Source of the DNA: Myxococcales bacterium
GTDB taxonomy: Bacteria; Myxococcota_A; Polyangia; Nannocystales; Nannocystaceae
DNA: 52,715 nt
NCBI GenBank assembly: GCA_020633295.1
Contig: JACKDW010000006.1
Span: forward strand, 462,181-514,895
Direction of reading: 5' to 3'
Shown here one piece after another: positions 26,910 to 36,528 of the stretch (the stretch's first letter is position 1; each line of letters starts with the position of its first letter). The notes under the pieces were generated by a model. It did not search any database, was not told the origin of the DNA, and saw nothing but the letters and a program-made list of their open reading frames with translations. Position numbers and translations under genes: made by a program.

Positions 26910-28811
26910 ATGTCTTTTAGAGCATATTGCACACGCACGGGCGTCGCGCTCGCGACCTCGTTGACGCTGCTCTCGCTCGCGCCGACGCGCGCCGGCGCGG
27001 CCCCGACCGAGCCGCTGGAGCTCGACAACTCGGTGCAGGCGACCAACGAGTGCGCGAGCTGCCACCTGTTCCTCAACCCGGCGCTGCACCAGGGGGAGCC
27101 GAACGTCAGCCCGCAGGCCTACACCGGCTCGCTGATGTCGAACTCGGCGCGCGATCCGGTGTTCTGGGCGGGCGTGGCCATCGCCCACCAAGACGCGCCC
27201 GGCGAGACCCAGGACTGCGTGCGCTGCCACGCGCCGATCGCCTTCCTCGAGGGTCGCGGCGACGCGATCGCGATCGACGAGCTGCAGCCCCAGGACCTCC
27301 ACGGCGTCAGCTGCGACCTCTGCCACCGGATGATCGACGACGGCGAGACCCCGGCCGGCAACGCGCGCTACGTGCTCGACGACGTGGCCGTGAACGGCTC
27401 GGTGCCGCGGCGCGGCCCGTGGACCTACGGCCCCGGCGAGGACCCGCAGCACCCGACGAGCGACGACGACGCGCACCTCGCCAGCGCGCGGCTGTGCGGC
27501 ACCTGCCACGACGTGACGACGGCGCGCGAGCGCGTCGACGATCGCGGCGTAGGGCTCGGCGTCCCGTTCAACGAGCAGCGGACCTACAGCGAGTGGCTCG
27601 GCAGCGTCTACGCCCAGGACGGCCCCGATCAGCGCAGCTGCCAGGACTGTCACATGCCGGCGCTCGCCGACGTGGCGGGCTGCGACGGCTTCAACATCGC
27701 GCAGAGCTTCCACGCGACCGGCGGGCGGCGGCACGACCTCGTCGGGCTCAACCTCCCGGTCATCCAGCTGATCCAGGCGGTCTACGGCAAGAGCGCCGGC
27801 GGCACGCTCGACGATCCGTACTTCGAGCTCACGCGCGAGGTCGCCGAGCTCCTGCGCGAGCAGAGCGCGACGCTCGACGCAGCGTTCCCCGACGAGGTCG
27901 ATCTCGGCGTCGGGATCCCGGCGCTCGACGTCACGGTGACCAACAACACCGGGCACAAGCTGCCGACCGGCTACTCCGAGGGGCGCGTGATGTGGCTCGA
28001 GATCACCGCGACCTACGGCGACGCGCTGGTCTACAGCTCGGGGCGCTGGGACGAGCAGGCCATGACGATCGAGGACGACGCGCAGGTCCGCCGCTACGAG
28101 GCGATCGCCGAGGACGACGGCGACGGCGCGCGCCTGCACCTGCTGCGCAACAACCACTGGGTCGTCGACAGCCGCATCCCGCCCCGGGGGCTCACGCCGG
28201 ACCTCGAGACGGATCCCGTCGGCGATCGCTACGCGCTCGGACCCGACAACACCTGGCCGCACCAGGACAGCGCGAGCTTCAGCTTCCCGCCCGCGGTCGT
28301 CCCCGACCAGGGCCCCGACGTCGCGCCCGAGCTGACGCTGCGGGCGCGGCTCCTCTACCTGATCAACACGCCGGAGTACGTCGAGTTCCTCGCCGAGGAG
28401 AACAGCACCAACGCCGCCGGCACCGAGCTCGCGGCGCTGTTCGACGAGCACGGGCCGCCGACGCCGATCGTGCTCGCCGAGCAGGAGCTCGCGGTCCCGC
28501 TGCTCGGGCTCGATGACGGCGGCGGCAGCGACAGCGACAGCGACAACGAGAGTAACAGCGACAGCGACGGGACCAGCAGCGACAGCGCCGCGACGGAGAC
28601 CACGAGCACCTCCGCGGGGCCGGGCTCGACCGGCGCGGAGCCGACGACCGGCGCGCCGTCGACCGACGCCGGCTCCGACACGGACGGCGGTGAGGACGGC
28701 GCGGGCGGCTGCGCCTGCGCGGCCGGGCGCCCCGGCGCGCCCCGCGGCGCGTGGCTGCTGCTGCTCACGCTCGGCGCGTTCACGCGCCGGCGCGCGAACG
28801 CGCTCGACTAG
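26910..28811 (+). CDS. Secreted pentaheme c-type cytochrome with C-terminal MYXO-CTERM tag
   Basis: Start ATG at 26910 (MSFRAYCTRTGVALATSLTLLSLAPTRAGA, signal peptide). Five CxxCH motifs (CASCH, CVRCH, CDLCH, CGTCH, CQDCH). C-terminal Asp/Ser-rich linker, then GGCACAAGRPGAPRGAWLLLLTLGAFTRRR. Confidence 0.85.
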   Translation: MSFRAYCTRTGVALATSLTLLSLAPTRAGAAPTEPLELDNSVQATNECASCHLFLNPALHQGEPNVSPQAYTGSLMSNSARDPVFWAGVAIAHQDAPGETQDCVRCHAPIAFLEGRGDAIAIDELQPQDLHGVSCDLCHRMIDDGETPAGNARYVLDDVAVNGSVPRRGPWTYGPGEDPQHPTSDDDAHLASARLCGTCHDVTTARERVDDRGVGLGVPFNEQRTYSEWLGSVYAQDGPDQRSCQDCHMPALADVAGCDGFNIAQSFHATGGRRHDLVGLNLPVIQLIQAVYGKSAGGTLDDPYFELTREVAELLREQSATLDAAFPDEVDLGVGIPALDVTVTNNTGHKLPTGYSEGRVMWLEITATYGDALVYSSGRWDEQAMTIEDDAQVRRYEAIAEDDGDGARLHLLRNNHWVVDSRIPPRGLTPDLETDPVGDRYALGPDNTWPHQDSASFSFPPAVVPDQGPDVAPELTLRARLLYLINTPEYVEFLAEENSTNAAGTELAALFDEHGPPTPIVLAEQELAVPLLGLDDGGGSDSDSDNESNSDSDGTSSDSAATETTSTSAGPGSTGAEPTTGAPSTDAGSDTDGGEDGAGGCACAAGRPGAPRGAWLLLLTLGAFTRRRANALD

Positions 28812-28941
28812 AGAGGTCGTTTCAGACAGGTCCTGAGCGACATCGCTCATTGGACAGGCTGAAGACGAGCGAGCTTTGCCCGCGCGCCGCTCGCGATGGA
28901 CAATGCGGCCGACCGGACCGCCGCAGCGTCCGCCCGCGCCC

Positions 28942-29844
<903 letters not shown>

Positions 29845-29862
29845 TCACGGCCGACGCGCGGC

Positions 29863-30423
29863 TCACCCGCGCGCGAGGTCGCCGGCGCCGCCGAACTTCG
29901 TCACGCAGCGGCGCATGATATCGCTCGTGTGCTCGTACAGCTCGCCGTCGATCACCCGCAGCGCGTGGGCGTAGCAATTCGCCGACTCGGCCGAGGTGTT
30001 GAGCCGGCACTTCTCGCGGACCTCCGCGCGCTCGGCTCGACGGCGGTCGTAGTACATCATCAGCTGCTTGGCGTCGTCGGCCCAGCGCCGCTTCACCATC
30101 TCGTCGTAGGCGTCCGCGACGTCGTTGCACGCCTGCTTGTGACCCTTGACGGGCGACTCGGGCATCACCGCGACGCCCTCGAGCGCGGCGTCGAGCTGCG
30201 CCTGCTTGGCCGCTTCCTCCGCCTTCTTCTTGGCCTCGTACTCCTTGTCGAACTCGGCGTCGGTCTTGGTCGTGTCGAGCTCGGCGCGCATGTCGAGCGC
30301 CTTGGCGATGCTGCCCTCGTTCTTCTTCGCCTCGCCGCCGCCGTCGCAGCCCAGCGCCGCGCTGAGCGAGACCGACAGGAGGAGGGTGAGCGACAAGAGC
30401 GGGCGTCGTGGCATCGTGAGCAC
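29863..30423 (-). CDS. Lys/Glu/Ala-rich lipoprotein, hypothetical
   Basis: 186 aa. Signal peptide with lipobox (LSAALGCDGG). Coding-like composition that contrasts with the Arg-rich shadow ORFs. Confidence 0.7.
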   Translation of the reverse strand: MLTMPRRPLLSLTLLLSVSLSAALGCDGGGEAKKNEGSIAKALDMRAELDTTKTDAEFDKEYEAKKKAEEAAKQAQLDAALEGVAVMPESPVKGHKQACNDVADAYDEMVKRRWADDAKQLMMYYDRRRAERAEVREKCRLNTSAESANCYAHALRVIDGELYEHTSDIMRRCVTKFGGAGDLARG

Positions 30424-30657
30424 TCCGGGCGGGTCGAGGGCGCGGTCGTTGTATACGCGAGCGCGGCGCGAGCTCGCGTGGACTCGCGTGGACTCGCGGG
30501 GACATACTACCGGCGCGAAGCGTGATGATACAAGCGCTGACGCCCTGGCCCGCGCGGCCCCTCTCCGCGGACGGGGCGAACGCGTGGCGCTGGGGACAGG
30601 ACGGTGTTATTCGTCGGCGGTCCCGCGCGTCGCCACGCGTTCGTCCACGACGAGTCC

Positions 30658-31881
30658 ATGGAGGGCCTCACCACTCGCACCGCAGCACGCCTCGCGCTCG
30701 CGCGGGCTGGCCTGCTCAACCCGGCGTGGACCGGTCTGCCCGCGCGCGTCTCGCCGCGGGCTGGCGCCGCGAGCTCGCTCCCCGCCGCGCTCGCGCACAT
30801 CGAACGCGCCGGCTACCTGCAGCTCGACACCGTGGCCGTCGCTGGCGCCCGCAGCCACGGCATCGTGCTGGCGTCGCGGCTCGAGGGCTACCGGGCGGCG
30901 CACGCCGAGACGCTGCTCACCCCCGACTCGGCGCTGTTTGAGTACTGGGGTCACGAGGCGAGCTGGCTGCCGATCGAGCTGTACCCGGCGTTCGCGTTTC
31001 GCCGCGCCGCGTTCGCGGTGCACCCGTGGTGGGGCGACCTGCTCGAGGAGCACTCGCAGCAGGCGCGCGCGCTCGTCGAGCGAATCCGCGCCGAGGGGCC
31101 GCTGCGCTCCGCCGATCTCGAGGGCTCGTCGCGCGGCGGCTTCTGGAACCTCAAGCTGTCGAAGAAGATCGCGACGGCGCTGTGGTCGAGCGGCGAGCTG
31201 GCGATCCGCGAGCGTCGCGGCTTCCTGCGCGCCTACGATCTGTGCGAGCGCGTCATCCCGGCGCGCGCCCGCGCCCGCCCGCTCCCGCTCGCGGACAGCC
31301 TCCGCGTGCTGCTCGAGCGCGCGCTCGCGGGTCACGGCTGGGCGACGACGAGCACGCTCGCGGCGACCTGGCGGCTCCGCAACCTGCGGGCCGAGCTCGC
31401 CGCCGCGCTGTCGGAGCTGCGCGAGGCCGGCGTGATTCACCCCTGCGAGCTGCGCGCGGACGACGGTCAGCGGACCCGCGGCTGGATCCGCGTCGCCGAT
31501 CTCGAGCTCGCGGCGCGCGTCGGCCGAGCTCGCCCGCGACGCGATCGCGGCGTGCTGCTCTCGCCCTTCGATCCGGTGCTGTGGGACCGCGGCCGCGTCG
31601 CGCAGCTGTTCGCTTTTGACCAGAAGCTCGAGATCTTCAAGCCGCCCGCGACCCGCGTCTACGGCTACTACTGTATGCCCGTGCTCGCCGGGGACCAGCT
31701 CGTCGCGCGCGTCGATCTCAAGGCCGATCGACGCGCAGGCGCGCTCGAGCTGCGCGCGCTCCACTATGAGCCGCCCGCGTCGTGCGGGACCACGGCGGCC
31801 GAGCAGCGCGCGGCCGTCGAGCACGGGCTGCGCCGGTACGCGGCGAGCGTCGAGCTGCGCGCGCCGACGCTGCCAGGCTGA
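30658..31881 (+). CDS. YcaQ/AlkZ family winged-helix protein (DNA interstrand-crosslink repair glycosylase-like, DUF1006)
   Basis: Start ATG at 30658 (MEGLTTRTAARLALARAGLL). Strong block similarity to E. coli YcaQ as I recall it: EYWGHEASWLP, RSADLEGS...GFWNLK...RERRGFLRAYDL, LLSPFDPVLWDRGRVAQLFAFDQKLEIFKPPATRVYGYYCMPVL. Confidence 0.85.
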   Translation: MEGLTTRTAARLALARAGLLNPAWTGLPARVSPRAGAASSLPAALAHIERAGYLQLDTVAVAGARSHGIVLASRLEGYRAAHAETLLTPDSALFEYWGHEASWLPIELYPAFAFRRAAFAVHPWWGDLLEEHSQQARALVERIRAEGPLRSADLEGSSRGGFWNLKLSKKIATALWSSGELAIRERRGFLRAYDLCERVIPARARARPLPLADSLRVLLERALAGHGWATTSTLAATWRLRNLRAELAAALSELREAGVIHPCELRADDGQRTRGWIRVADLELAARVGRARPRRDRGVLLSPFDPVLWDRGRVAQLFAFDQKLEIFKPPATRVYGYYCMPVLAGDQLVARVDLKADRRAGALELRALHYEPPASCGTTAAEQRAAVEHGLRRYAASVELRAPTLPG

Positions 31882-32011
31882 GCGCCGGCGGGCGGAATTG
31901 CGGCGCGCGCCTCGAGCTCGGGGCGGCGTCCACGAGCGTCGTTCAGCGCGCGCGGCGGTTTCCAGCCCGCGTCCGCGGGCCGCTCGCGCGCGCGGCTGAT
32001 AGGATTGCGCG

Positions 32012-33310
32012 ATGTTCGGGTCCAGCCTGCTCGAGGTCGTCATCGGCCTCGCCTTCATGTTCACGCTCTTGAGCCTGACGTGTTCCTCGATCAACGAGCT
32101 GATCGCCCAGTACACCAAGCGCCGCGCGAAGAACCTCGAGCTCGCGTTGACGCGCATGCTCGGCGAGCGCCACGTGCACGCCTTCTACGAGCACCCGCTG
32201 CTGCGCTCGCTCTCGAAGGTCGGCGACGGCCCGAGCGGCGCCGAGCCCACGGCGCGGGGCGTGCGGCCGTCGCCCTCGTACATCCCGGCCAGCACGACCT
32301 CGACGATCATCCTGCAGATCATCGGCCGCGCGCAGAGCGACGAGGAGCGGAGCGAGCTGCAGGCGCTGCGCGGCAAGCTCGAGCAGATCGAGGATCCGGG
32401 CTTCGTCGCCATCCGCGCCCGCGTGTTCCAGACCTTCGAACCGATCTACGCCTGCGAGGGCGTGGACGAGAAGCAGCTCGACGCGCTGCTCGAGACCGTG
32501 CGCAAGCTCGAGCGACTCGACGCGCTGCGCGAGCCGGTGGTCGTGCAGATCGAGCGCTTCCGGACGCGGGTCAAGAGCGCGAGCGAGCTCGACGCGCCGT
32601 CGCTGTACCGCCGCGTGCAGCGGCTCGAGGACGGCGACCCGCTCAAGCGCACGCTGCTGGCGCTGATGGACTCGTCCAACGGCACGCTCGCGGGCATCCG
32701 CGCCAACATCGAGGGCTGGTACGACGACGTGATGGACCGCGCGAGCGGCTGGTACAAGCGCAAGACGCAGCGCTGGATGCTCGGGATCGCGGCCGCGCTC
32801 GTGCTGCTGGGCAACGTCGACTCGCTCGCGGTCGCCGACATGCTCTGGCGCGAGAACACGGCGCGCGCGCTGATCGCGAACTACGCCGAGATCTCGAGCA
32901 TGATCCAGACGGGTCAGGTCTCGGCGAACAATTCTGTCAACGCCAGCGCCAACGCGAATCCCAACGCCAGCGCCAACCCGGCGGACCCGAACGCGAACCC
33001 CGAGGACGACGCCGACGGTGACGGCGTGCCCGACGGCGCCGTCCAGGCGCCGCCCCAGCCCGTGCTCGTCGACATGACCCGGGACCCGCTCGCGCTCTAC
33101 ACCACCGGCTTCCCGGTCGGCTGGAAGCTCGAGACGCTGCCGACGCTGCTCAAGCTCGAGGTGCTCAGCAAGAAGCTCGCGGGCCTGCTGATCTCGCTGC
33201 TCGCCGCGGCCCAGGGCGCGCCGTTTTGGTTCGACCTGCTCAACAAGCTCGTCAACCTGCGCGGCTCCGGGCGGCGCCCGAGCGCGAACCAGGCTCCGCC
33301 CAACAGCTGA
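32012..33310 (+). CDS. Hypothetical membrane protein (hydrophobic N-terminal helix, central coiled-coil region, Asn/Ala/Pro-rich low-complexity segment, C-terminal hydrophobic segment)
   Basis: 432 aa. MFGSSLLEVVIGLAFMFTLLSLTCSSINELIAQY. Diverse amino-acid usage, unlike the overlapping Arg-rich ORF 32005..33021. Confidence 0.6.
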   Translation: MFGSSLLEVVIGLAFMFTLLSLTCSSINELIAQYTKRRAKNLELALTRMLGERHVHAFYEHPLLRSLSKVGDGPSGAEPTARGVRPSPSYIPASTTSTIILQIIGRAQSDEERSELQALRGKLEQIEDPGFVAIRARVFQTFEPIYACEGVDEKQLDALLETVRKLERLDALREPVVVQIERFRTRVKSASELDAPSLYRRVQRLEDGDPLKRTLLALMDSSNGTLAGIRANIEGWYDDVMDRASGWYKRKTQRWMLGIAAALVLLGNVDSLAVADMLWRENTARALIANYAEISSMIQTGQVSANNSVNASANANPNASANPADPNANPEDDADGDGVPDGAVQAPPQPVLVDMTRDPLALYTTGFPVGWKLETLPTLLKLEVLSKKLAGLLISLLAAAQGAPFWFDLLNKLVNLRGSGRRPSANQAPPNS

Positions 33311-33319
33311 CGCGCGGCG

Positions 33320-34231
33320 TCAGCGAGCGCCGCGCTCGAGATCCTCGAGCCGCGTCTTGCAGACGTGATCCCACAGCGTCAGCGGCTCGCCGAAGTTGGC
33401 GCGCACGTGCGAGTGGTGGATGTTGTGAAACGCCGACGTGTTGAGCCACAGCCGCGGGAGCGTGCGCTCGATCAGCGGCAGCGTGACGCCGCAGTGCAGA
33501 TAGAAGTTGAGGACGATGAAGCCGAGCACCAGCCCGAAGTAGGCGGGGCCCCAGTGCGTCGCCTCGGGGATGCACAGCAGCAGGATCGGCCAAAACGTCA
33601 TCAGCGACTCGACCGGCCCGACCGCGAAGCCGGCGAAGGGCGTGGGATCGCGGTAGGCGTGGTGGGCCTTGTGAAACACGAACAGCGCGCGCGTGTGCAG
33701 CAGGCGGTGCTTGACGTACAGCCACAGGTCGATCGCCAGCACGCCGAAGAAGGTCTGGACGAGCACGCCCCACAGGCTCAAGCCCGCCGCCTCGAGCGAC
33801 CACACCAGCCCGATCGGGTGGCCGAGCCACGACTGCGCGATCGGCCAGGCGGCGAAGCTCGCGGCGACCCAGGCCGCCTGCGCGGTCACGCCCGCCTCGC
33901 TGAGGATCGGCGGCGGGCGGCGACGCACGCCCTGGATCCGCGCGCCGTAGAACAGCGACGCGTACGCGCTGAGGCCCGCGCCGATCAGCAAGGTGCCCGC
34001 GATCGCCACGAACGCGATCGCCAGCGACGCGAACCAGATCAGCGGGCTCTCCGGGTGGAGCAGCCCGACGGCCGTGAGCGCGAAGGGGAGCGCGGCGTCG
34101 AACCGCTCGGCGAGGCCGCGCCGCTTGCTTCCGTGGGTTGCGTCGAGCACCGCGCGTGATTGTAGCGACTGCCGCCCGCGCGGCGCGGCCGATCCGGAGC
34201 GCCCGCGCGGCCAGCCTGTGTCGTCGCGCAC
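33320..34231 (-). CDS. Fatty-acid hydroxylase / sterol desaturase superfamily membrane protein
   Basis: Histidine boxes HKAHHAY and HNIHHSH plus several TM helices. Start uncertain; the Arg-rich N-terminal 40 aa may not be translated. Confidence 0.8.
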   Translation of the reverse strand: MRDDTGWPRGRSGSAAPRGRQSLQSRAVLDATHGSKRRGLAERFDAALPFALTAVGLLHPESPLIWFASLAIAFVAIAGTLLIGAGLSAYASLFYGARIQGVRRRPPPILSEAGVTAQAAWVAASFAAWPIAQSWLGHPIGLVWSLEAAGLSLWGVLVQTFFGVLAIDLWLYVKHRLLHTRALFVFHKAHHAYRDPTPFAGFAVGPVESLMTFWPILLLCIPEATHWGPAYFGLVLGFIVLNFYLHCGVTLPLIERTLPRLWLNTSAFHNIHHSHVRANFGEPLTLWDHVCKTRLEDLERGAR

Positions 34232-34243
34232 ACGCGACGCTGA

Positions 34244-35197
34244 TCACGGACGCCGTCGGAGCACGAACAGCGTGTCGAAGTCGAGCTCGTCGATCGTCCA
34301 GGACTGCTCGATATCGTACGTAAAGTCGTGGATCGCGGCGATCTCGAGGGAGGGCACGGTGGCGAGCAGCGCCAGCATCTGCCGCGGGCTGTACGTCCTC
34401 CACGTCCACTTCGTCTCGGTCCGCCGCTCGCGCGCGCCGTCCTGCACCCGCAGACGCGCGCGCATGCGCTCGGTTCGCGAGCGCGGGTCGGGCGGCCACG
34501 ACTGCACGTTGCAGACCACGTGCACCGGGCCGCGCGCGCCGACCCAGCGCTCGCGCTGCACGCCCGTCTCGTCGTACTTCGTCAGGTGCAGGCCGAGCAC
34601 GTAGAGGCCGCCCGGCGCGAGCGCGTCGGCGACGGCCTGGAGGTGCGCGCGCGCGGCCGCGTCGCTCGCGATGTACTTGAACGAGCTGACCAGGCAGTGC
34701 GCGAGCTGAAACGGCGGGCCCAGCCGCAGCTCGTCGCCGAAGCGCTCGAGGCTCGACCGGACGACGCGCGCGCGCAGGCCCGCGGCGCGCAGGCGCCGGT
34801 TGCTGTACGCGACCATCTCGGGCTCGAGGTCGAAGCCCGTGACCGCGTAGCCGCGACGCGCGAGCGCGGCGACCAGCCGCCCGCTCCCGCACGCGGGCTC
34901 CAGCGCCCGCGTGCGCCCGCGTCGTCTCGGCGGGCCGTAGACCTCGAGCGCCCGCTCGAGGAACTCGACCTCGCGCGGCGTGTCGGGCTCATAGATGATG
35001 TCGTACCACTCGGGCTCGGAGTACCAGTCGGTCGTCGTGAAGCGCGTCGCCACCGGCGCGGAGGATACACGCGCGGACCCGGGGCGCCCGCGCGGCGCTC
35101 GAGGCGTCGACGCGTGAGTTCTCGGGGCGCGCGTCGAGCACAGCTCTCTGAACCCCCGTCGATGAACGAGCCGCTCACGCGACGCGCGCGGCGCCAT
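34244..35197 (-). CDS. Class I SAM-dependent methyltransferase
   Basis: Motif I LEPACGSGRL and motif II-like YAVTGFDLEP. Start taken at the ATG at 35195-35197 (MAPRASRER...). The listed ORF extends to 35290 with a Cys/Ala/Gly-rich leader that is probably non-coding. Confidence 0.7.
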   Translation of the reverse strand: MAPRASRERLVHRRGFRELCSTRAPRTHASTPRAPRGRPGSARVSSAPVATRFTTTDWYSEPEWYDIIYEPDTPREVEFLERALEVYGPPRRRGRTRALEPACGSGRLVAALARRGYAVTGFDLEPEMVAYSNRRLRAAGLRARVVRSSLERFGDELRLGPPFQLAHCLVSSFKYIASDAAARAHLQAVADALAPGGLYVLGLHLTKYDETGVQRERWVGARGPVHVVCNVQSWPPDPRSRTERMRARLRVQDGARERRTETKWTWRTYSPRQMLALLATVPSLEIAAIHDFTYDIEQSWTIDELDFDTLFVLRRRP

Positions 35198-35526
35198 GAC
35201 GAGCTCAGCGCGCCCGCACAGCTCGCCGTCGGTGCCGCGCCCGCCGGCTGCTCCTGCGCCCGCCGCGAAACAACATGAACAGAAAGACATGTAAATTCAC
35301 CGTTCCGCGTCGACGTGGAGCGTGTGCGGCGTGGAGCTCGCGCGCGCCGCAGTTTTTTCTGGACGCCCGCGCGCGCGATGACGATGCAACGAATCCGACG
35401 CGAGCGGCCCCCTCGCGCCGCGCGAACAACGTTGACCCCCGCGTTTGTATGTACACGCTCCGCCCCGTGACGACGCTGGCGCGAATCGCGGGCCCTCGCT
35501 ACGCTGAATCCAAAGAAGGAGATCTG

Positions 35527-36513
35527 ATGTCACTGAGGACGACGCTCACCCCGAACCGTCCCGGCCCGCTCGTCGTGTACACCCTGCTCTCGCTGGCGCT
35601 GGTCGCCGCGTGCGAGAAGCAGGAGACGCAGGCGCCGAAGTCCCACCACGACTCCGTCTCCCGCGCCGACGAGCTCGCCGCGACCCAGGGGACGCGGGAG
35701 GAGATGCGCGCGATCGCCCAGGGCTTCGCCGACGCCTTCGACGCGCTGGGCTTCGGCGACGTCGACGGCGCCGTGAAGAGCTTCTCCGAGGACATCGTGT
35801 GGGAGACCCGCGGCGGCGACGAGCGCTCGGTCAAGGGCCGCGAGGAGCTGCACGCCTTCTTCGACGCCAGCGGCCGCAAGATCGGGGTCGCGCGCGTGTT
35901 CCTGACCGACGATGACGTCGTCATCTCCCAGGGCGTGCGCGTCGATCAGTCCAGGGGCGCGGGCTTCGTCGCGATCGGCCACATCAACGGCGGCGAGATC
36001 ACCGAGGTCCAGGAGTTCCGCACCTCCGCGCCGTCGGACAGCAAGGGGCCGTCGCTCCCCGGCGAGACCGAGGTGATCAAGGAGTACGGCGACGAGGTCA
36101 ACCAGGCGCTCGCCGAGTCCCTGCACATCGCGTGGAGCAAGCGCGACTGGGCGACCATCGAGGGCTCGCTCACCCGCGACGTCGTGTACCACGACGAGGC
36201 GAGCGGCGAGACGACGCAGGGCTTCGACGCCTACAAGCGCTGGTTCGAGGGCTTCACCGGCCCCTTCCCCGACATGAGCTTCGACATCGAGGAGTCGTGG
36301 ACCGCCGGTGACTACGTGATCGTCAAGGGCCGCACGCGCGGCACCCAGACCGCGAAGTACGGCGAGCTCGAGGCGACGAACAACTCGATCGAGCTCGAGG
36401 GCCTCGACATCTTCCGGTTCGAGAGCGGCGCCGTCGCCGAGATGTGGCGCTATCACGACGCCGCCGGGATCATGGCCCAGCTCACCGCGGGCGCCGAGAA
36501 GCCGGCCTCGTAG
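35527..36513 (+). CDS. Lipoprotein with tandem SnoaL-like (NTF2-fold, ester-cyclase-like) domains
   Basis: Start ATG at 35527, preceded by AAGGAG. MSLRTTLTPNRPGPLVVYTLLSLALVAACEKQ (lipobox). Two repeats of the ...AFDA...D...W...G...G...F fold pattern. Confidence 0.8.
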   Translation: MSLRTTLTPNRPGPLVVYTLLSLALVAACEKQETQAPKSHHDSVSRADELAATQGTREEMRAIAQGFADAFDALGFGDVDGAVKSFSEDIVWETRGGDERSVKGREELHAFFDASGRKIGVARVFLTDDDVVISQGVRVDQSRGAGFVAIGHINGGEITEVQEFRTSAPSDSKGPSLPGETEVIKEYGDEVNQALAESLHIAWSKRDWATIEGSLTRDVVYHDEASGETTQGFDAYKRWFEGFTGPFPDMSFDIEESWTAGDYVIVKGRTRGTQTAKYGELEATNNSIELEGLDIFRFESGAVAEMWRYHDAAGIMAQLTAGAEKPAS

Positions 36514-36528
36514 CGACGCCGCGCGCCG

